A stretch of 64,000 nt of DNA from an uncultured Enterobacteriaceae bacterium (GTDB taxonomy: Bacteria; Desulfobacterota; Binatia; Bin18). The position numbers and the translations under genes were made by a program. Below are positions 59,926 to 64,000 of this stretch, in pieces (position 1 is the first letter of the stretch; each line of letters begins with the position of its first letter). Where the stretch lies: assembly GCA_964460065.1 (NCBI GenBank), contig CAYWPF010000081.1, positions 837-64,836 on the forward strand. Reading direction: 5' to 3'. The notes below the pieces were generated by a model. The model saw nothing but the letters and a program-made list of their open reading frames with translations, made no database searches and was not told the DNA's origin.

Positions 59926-60630
59926 ATGGCGGGTTTCAATACGCCCTTTCGCCGGCTTGGAAAAGCGATCAAAGCGACTCTCCCTGCGAGACAGATGAGA
60001 AGGTCCCTACTATCCCAGCCTTCTTTCTCTAAAAAAGAGAGCGTCTCCGAAACGGATAACGACTTATTCACCCGAGAAATGCACGGAGTGACCCGTCTAA
60101 AGCAGGAACAGAGAGTAAGTAAAGGCCCACCGATACTCACACGAAGGTCGCTAGAAGAAGCTAATAATGAGGCCATAGCGGAACTCTCTGACCTCGTAGC
60201 TGGCCGGGCCGTGTTCGATGTCACTTTGACAGATGAGTATATAGAGGGCTGCGTCGTGGGACTCGACCCACGACTGCTGCGCAAATTACGGATGGGCGAA
60301 TTCGCCCGGCAAGGGGCCTTGGATTTGCATGGGATGAAAGCAGATGAAGCAAAAGAAGAAGTCGAACATTTCCTCAACCACGCTGCCCGAAACGGAGTCC
60401 GATGCGTACTAATAGTACACGGTAGAGGGCTAAATTCGCCCGGACAATTTCCCATCCTGAAAGACCGCCTCAAACAATGGCTTACTCGTGGGAGATTATC
60501 TAAAATTATATTGGCTTTTTGCTCCGCAAGAACACATGATGGTGGCCCGGGGGCCATATACGCACTTTTGCGGAGGAATCGCGCACAAAAAAAAGAGATC
60601 ATGGTACTCGAGGGTACCCCCAATGAATGA
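59926..60630 (+). CDS. Smr/MutS2 C-terminal domain protein
   Basis: LF..EM.GV..L, LDLHG, LIVHGRG..S, LK, GG.GA.Y.LL. Confidence 0.9.
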   Translation: MAGFNTPFRRLGKAIKATLPARQMRRSLLSQPSFSKKESVSETDNDLFTREMHGVTRLKQEQRVSKGPPILTRRSLEEANNEAIAELSDLVAGRAVFDVTLTDEYIEGCVVGLDPRLLRKLRMGEFARQGALDLHGMKADEAKEEVEHFLNHAARNGVRCVLIVHGRGLNSPGQFPILKDRLKQWLTRGRLSKIILAFCSARTHDGGPGAIYALLRRNRAQKKEIMVLEGTPNE

Positions 60631-61954
60631 TAAGGCCGGTTTGCGGAAATCAGAAAGAGATAAACAAGATTCCCTGGCATACATTTCGCATATATCGACC
60701 GCCCGCGAACTAGCGTACGTGGGGACTGCCGGGCAGATTTTTGCGTACAACCTCGAATCGGCTAAGTCACGGCAACTAACCTGGAATTGGCCTACCATCG
60801 ATACGCGCGCATCCGAATCGCAAGGTCCCCACTCTCTTTATCCTGTTCAAACTCCAACGGCATTTAAACCTCACGGCGACAGGGTAGACCACACCACGTA
60901 CTCTTGGCCAACTTGGTCTCCTATGGGAGAGAAGATCGCGTGTTTTGGACACACCTCTTCAAACAGTGGCGTGCAAATATTAACAGTAACATCAGATGGC
61001 ACTGAATCGGGGGAACTAGTCAACACAAAGAAAGGTTCCGTAATTTACGGGAATTGGTCCTCTGACGCAAAGCTCTTTACGTTCATTGCCTGGTATGGGG
61101 ACGGTCAACTGTCATTAGAGTCCGTGCTGATAGATGCGCCAGAAAAGCCACAGGTTTTGCTGAACGGAGGGCCCCTCTTCTGGTCGTGGTCCCCTGCGCG
61201 ACCTCTCTTAGCCGTCCACTCAAGTCATCGTTCTCCGCCGAATGCTGGAAGGGTTCTGATCCTGGACCCCTATTCTGGAGAAGTAGTGCAAGAGGTTACG
61301 AACTCAGCCGGGTATTTTAGAACCCCGAGCTGGTGTCCCGAAGGGGACTTGCTAGCGTATGCAGAAAAGAACATCGATGGTACTCAAAGCCTCCGATTGT
61401 TCAATACCGAAGAAGAGAAAAGCGTCCCGGTAACAGTTACAAACGGATCTATAGCGGCATTATGGTCGCCTGAGGGACGATCTCTTGCGTACGCAAGCAA
61501 CTCACATCCGAATGAGCGGAAATTTTCCGCATTATGCGTACTAGACCTGTCATCGGGCCGCACGAAAACTGTACTCGAAGCTCCCATGACGGGCTTTGCG
61601 TGGGCCGAGAATGGAGATTCGCTAGTCTATACAACCAGGGACAGACCGGAGGGACCGTCCGCGTGGAATTATTATCACCTGGAGGCAAAAGAGCGAGTGG
61701 AAATCGCTCGGTTTTCTCCAACGAATGAACAAAACCTGCATCAAACCTTTTTCGATCAGTATTCCACTTCACACCCACTTACCGATGTTAGCGGCACAAT
61801 GCTGACCTTCGCCGGTAACCAAGTCGGTCCAAACAACTACAACTCTCACAAAAAAGCTATGGTATACGTCGTACACCTAGCCCCACCCTTCGATCCGCTC
61901 CCAGTAACGACGGGTACACTCCCCTGCTGGCGTCCGCTACCCCCTTCTTCGTAA
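60623..61954 (+). CDS. TolB-like/PD40 beta-propeller protein
   Basis: Repeated P.WSP.G, WSP, PSWCP.G..LAY, WSPEG..LAY; ATG 60623 overlaps the Smr stop. Confidence 0.75.
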   Translation: MNDKAGLRKSERDKQDSLAYISHISTARELAYVGTAGQIFAYNLESAKSRQLTWNWPTIDTRASESQGPHSLYPVQTPTAFKPHGDRVDHTTYSWPTWSPMGEKIACFGHTSSNSGVQILTVTSDGTESGELVNTKKGSVIYGNWSSDAKLFTFIAWYGDGQLSLESVLIDAPEKPQVLLNGGPLFWSWSPARPLLAVHSSHRSPPNAGRVLILDPYSGEVVQEVTNSAGYFRTPSWCPEGDLLAYAEKNIDGTQSLRLFNTEEEKSVPVTVTNGSIAALWSPEGRSLAYASNSHPNERKFSALCVLDLSSGRTKTVLEAPMTGFAWAENGDSLVYTTRDRPEGPSAWNYYHLEAKERVEIARFSPTNEQNLHQTFFDQYSTSHPLTDVSGTMLTFAGNQVGPNNYNSHKKAMVYVVHLAPPFDPLPVTTGTLPCWRPLPPSS

Positions 61955-62233
61955 CCCCAATAAGTGGCTCGCCTCGCCGGGAAACGTTATAAGTTACTTG
62001 ATCTGACGAAACGTAAAGTCTAATGAACGCCATCCCATAATCTTGACCACTTTGCTGCTAAATCCGACGTAAACTCTTGAGATCCTGAGTTCTTGTGTAA
62101 CCTTGATTCTTCATTTGCAGCCTTCGGGGACGTTCAAGTAGTGAAACTCGCCGCCTTATGTTAAATCTATGGTCTACATGAGCCCATCTGATGTACGATA
62201 TGCGAATCGGAAACTCGCAACCCAAGGATTATA

Positions 62234-62911
62234 ATGGGAGCTTCACAGGTAAAAATTCTTCCTTCAATACTATCTGCCGACTTTCGAAACCTTTCTGAGC
62301 AGATTCGCCTGGTCGAAGAGGCTGGAGCCGACCGCATTCACGTTGACGTGATGGACGGGAGATTCGTGCCCAATATTACCATTGGACCGTTTATTGTCGA
62401 GGCAGTGCGAAAATGTACCGCCCTGCCCCTAGACGTTCATCTCATGATTGTGGAGCCCGAACGATACATCCCCAATTTCATCGACGCCGGAGCAGACATT
62501 ATTCTTGTTCACCAGGAAACATGTCCGCACCTGCACGGCACCTTAGAAGAGATTAAACACCATAAAAAAAAGTCGGGGGTCGTTCTCAACCCCGCAACTC
62601 CGCTTAGCACGATAGAAAATGTTTTAGCCTTAGTCGATCAGATCCTGATCATGAGTGTAAATCCCGGTTTCGGTGGCCAACGTTTTATTGAGGCGTCTTT
62701 AGAGAAAATAAAAGCGTTGAATCGTATGCTGGAGAACCGCCGCCCTGCTGTAGAAATTGAGGTCGATGGGGGTATCGACAGGCACACAGCACCTCGGATC
62801 GTCGAAGCTGGGGCAACCCTGCTCGTTGCTGGCTCAGCCGTTTTTGGCGCGCCCGGTGGTCCTGGTGAAGGAATTCGAACTCTGCGCGGGAGCGTTTCGC
62901 GCGACAGCTAA
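62234..62911 (+). CDS. rpe: Ribulose-phosphate 3-epimerase
   Basis: [46 protein letters not shown]. Confidence 0.97.
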   Translation: MGASQVKILPSILSADFRNLSEQIRLVEEAGADRIHVDVMDGRFVPNITIGPFIVEAVRKCTALPLDVHLMIVEPERYIPNFIDAGADIILVHQETCPHLHGTLEEIKHHKKKSGVVLNPATPLSTIENVLALVDQILIMSVNPGFGGQRFIEASLEKIKALNRMLENRRPAVEIEVDGGIDRHTAPRIVEAGATLLVAGSAVFGAPGGPGEGIRTLRGSVSRDS

Positions 62912-63351
62912 AAGCGAGCCACCCAGAAAGTATCACACGGTGGAGGAGAACGCGGCTCCTTGTTGAGAGGCACCTTCCCGTATTATTAGCTTACCAGAGA
63001 CAAGACATTTAGTTGCTCGCATCAGAAAACAAACCCCGGGATGAGCCCGACGAACCCTCGCATCCCGTCATAGTTGATGCACCAAATTAGAAAATATTTC
63101 TAAAACCAACGGTTTTCTGTGCCGACATCGAATTGTGCACTTATATATTAGGACTAGAGTAAAGCGCATTCTGACCCAAAAACCATCCACTTCCCTTTTC
63201 TTCCTCTGGTGTGCTGTCGGTTCGGGCGGCTACTCCGAATGACCGATACGAACCTCACAAATATAGCACACAGAGAACATCAGGCAGGATAACAGACGAC
63301 GCCACTAAACCGGCCCTTCACTCAGCCTCCTACCGAAGCCATTTGCCAAGA

Positions 63352-64000
63352 TTAGACACCAGATTCCTTCGTAGTTTTCACTATGGCAGCCGCAACTTTG
63401 TAAGGGTCGGCATTGGACGCCGGTCTCCTATCCTCTAACCGGCCTTTCCAACCGTCTTCTACAGTACCAACTGGGATTCGTATGGATGCTCCACGGTCGG
63501 AGACACCATAGCTGAAAGTGTCTATCGCTTGCGTTTCGTGCTTCCCTGTTAAACGCTGGTCATTATCAGCGCCATAGACGTCAATATGACGGGCAATTTC
63601 TTTTCCGAACTGTTGGCAAATTTTTCTGAAGGTCTCTTCTTTTCCGCCCTCACGCATCGCCCCGTTTGAAAAGTTGGCATGCATTCCGGAACCATTCCAG
63701 TCAGTATCCCCCAGGGGCTTCGGGTGCCAATCTATCGAATATCCATGTCTTTCGGCGGTACGCTCTAAAAGATACCGCGCCACCCACGTCTCGTCCCCAG
63801 CACGTTTCGCACTTTTTGCGAAGACCTGAAACTCCCATTGGCCCGCGGCCACTTCAGCGTTAATTCCTTCTACATTTATGCCGGCTTCCAAGCAAATATC
63901 TAAATGTTCTTCGATGCACGCACGGCCGTAGGCATTGCTCGTCCCAACGGAGCAATAATAAGGCCCCTGCGGTCGAGGATAGCCTGCCGGGGGGAACCCA
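63352..64000 (-). CDS. glnII: Glutamine synthetase type II, C-terminal part (5' end lies beyond the window)
   Basis: Frame is open to the window edge: PQGPYYC, GINAEV..GQWEFQ, DWNGSG.H.NFS, RLTGKHET, RGASIRIP, EDRRPASNADPY. Confidence 0.9.
   Translation of the reverse strand, partial: GFPPAGYPRPQGPYYCSVGTSNAYGRACIEEHLDICLEAGINVEGINAEVAAGQWEFQVFAKSAKRAGDETWVARYLLERTAERHGYSIDWHPKPLGDTDWNGSGMHANFSNGAMREGGKEETFRKICQQFGKEIARHIDVYGADNDQRLTGKHETQAIDTFSYGVSDRGASIRIPVGTVEDGWKGRLEDRRPASNADPYKVAAAIVKTTKESGV

Noticed and set aside
59859-60680. 273 aa antisense ORF
   Set aside because: Shadow of the Smr gene with no motifs. The same applies to other antisense ORFs such as 45672-46424 and 5222-5770.
62912-63351. 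ncRNA or small gene in the 440 bp gap between rpe and glnII
   Set aside because: No tRNA, tmRNA or SRP features; the short ORFs lack an RBS and motifs.

Overview
A ~52% GC, gene-dense bacterial chromosomal segment with about 52 CDS. I found no rRNA, tRNA, CRISPR array, prophage or IS element. The core block (kdsB-pyrG-kdsA-lptCAB-rpoN-ptsN-rapZ-HPr-metK-ahcY-amiC-glnD-xerD) has Deltaproteobacteria-style synteny, so a Binatia/Desulfobacterota-like diderm is plausible; this is inferred from gene order, not tested. Accessory content includes a CoA-transferase-fold pair that looks more like an IpdAB-type hydrolase, a K+-dependent (probably Na+-pumping) membrane pyrophosphatase, two tandem ArnT-like glycosyltransferases, a double-length UvrA, a MoxR-DUF58-VWA operon and a partial type II glutamine synthetase. 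The two best candidates for undescribed biology are (1) a single ORF fusing a complete class I PLP aminotransferase to a truncated MurF-like ATP-binding domain (55217-57235), and (2) a tight four-gene operon (44792->42040) encoding a metal-ligand-less metallo-beta-lactamase-fold protein, a gamma-glutamylcyclotransferase-like protein, a Glu-type (PTPS-III-like) pterin enzyme and a small c-type cytochrome, divergent from the MoxR/VWA operon. One gene is split by an in-frame TAA and several conserved motifs carry single-base substitutions, so assembly errors are a caveat. All family calls come from motif recognition by eye; no database searches were run.
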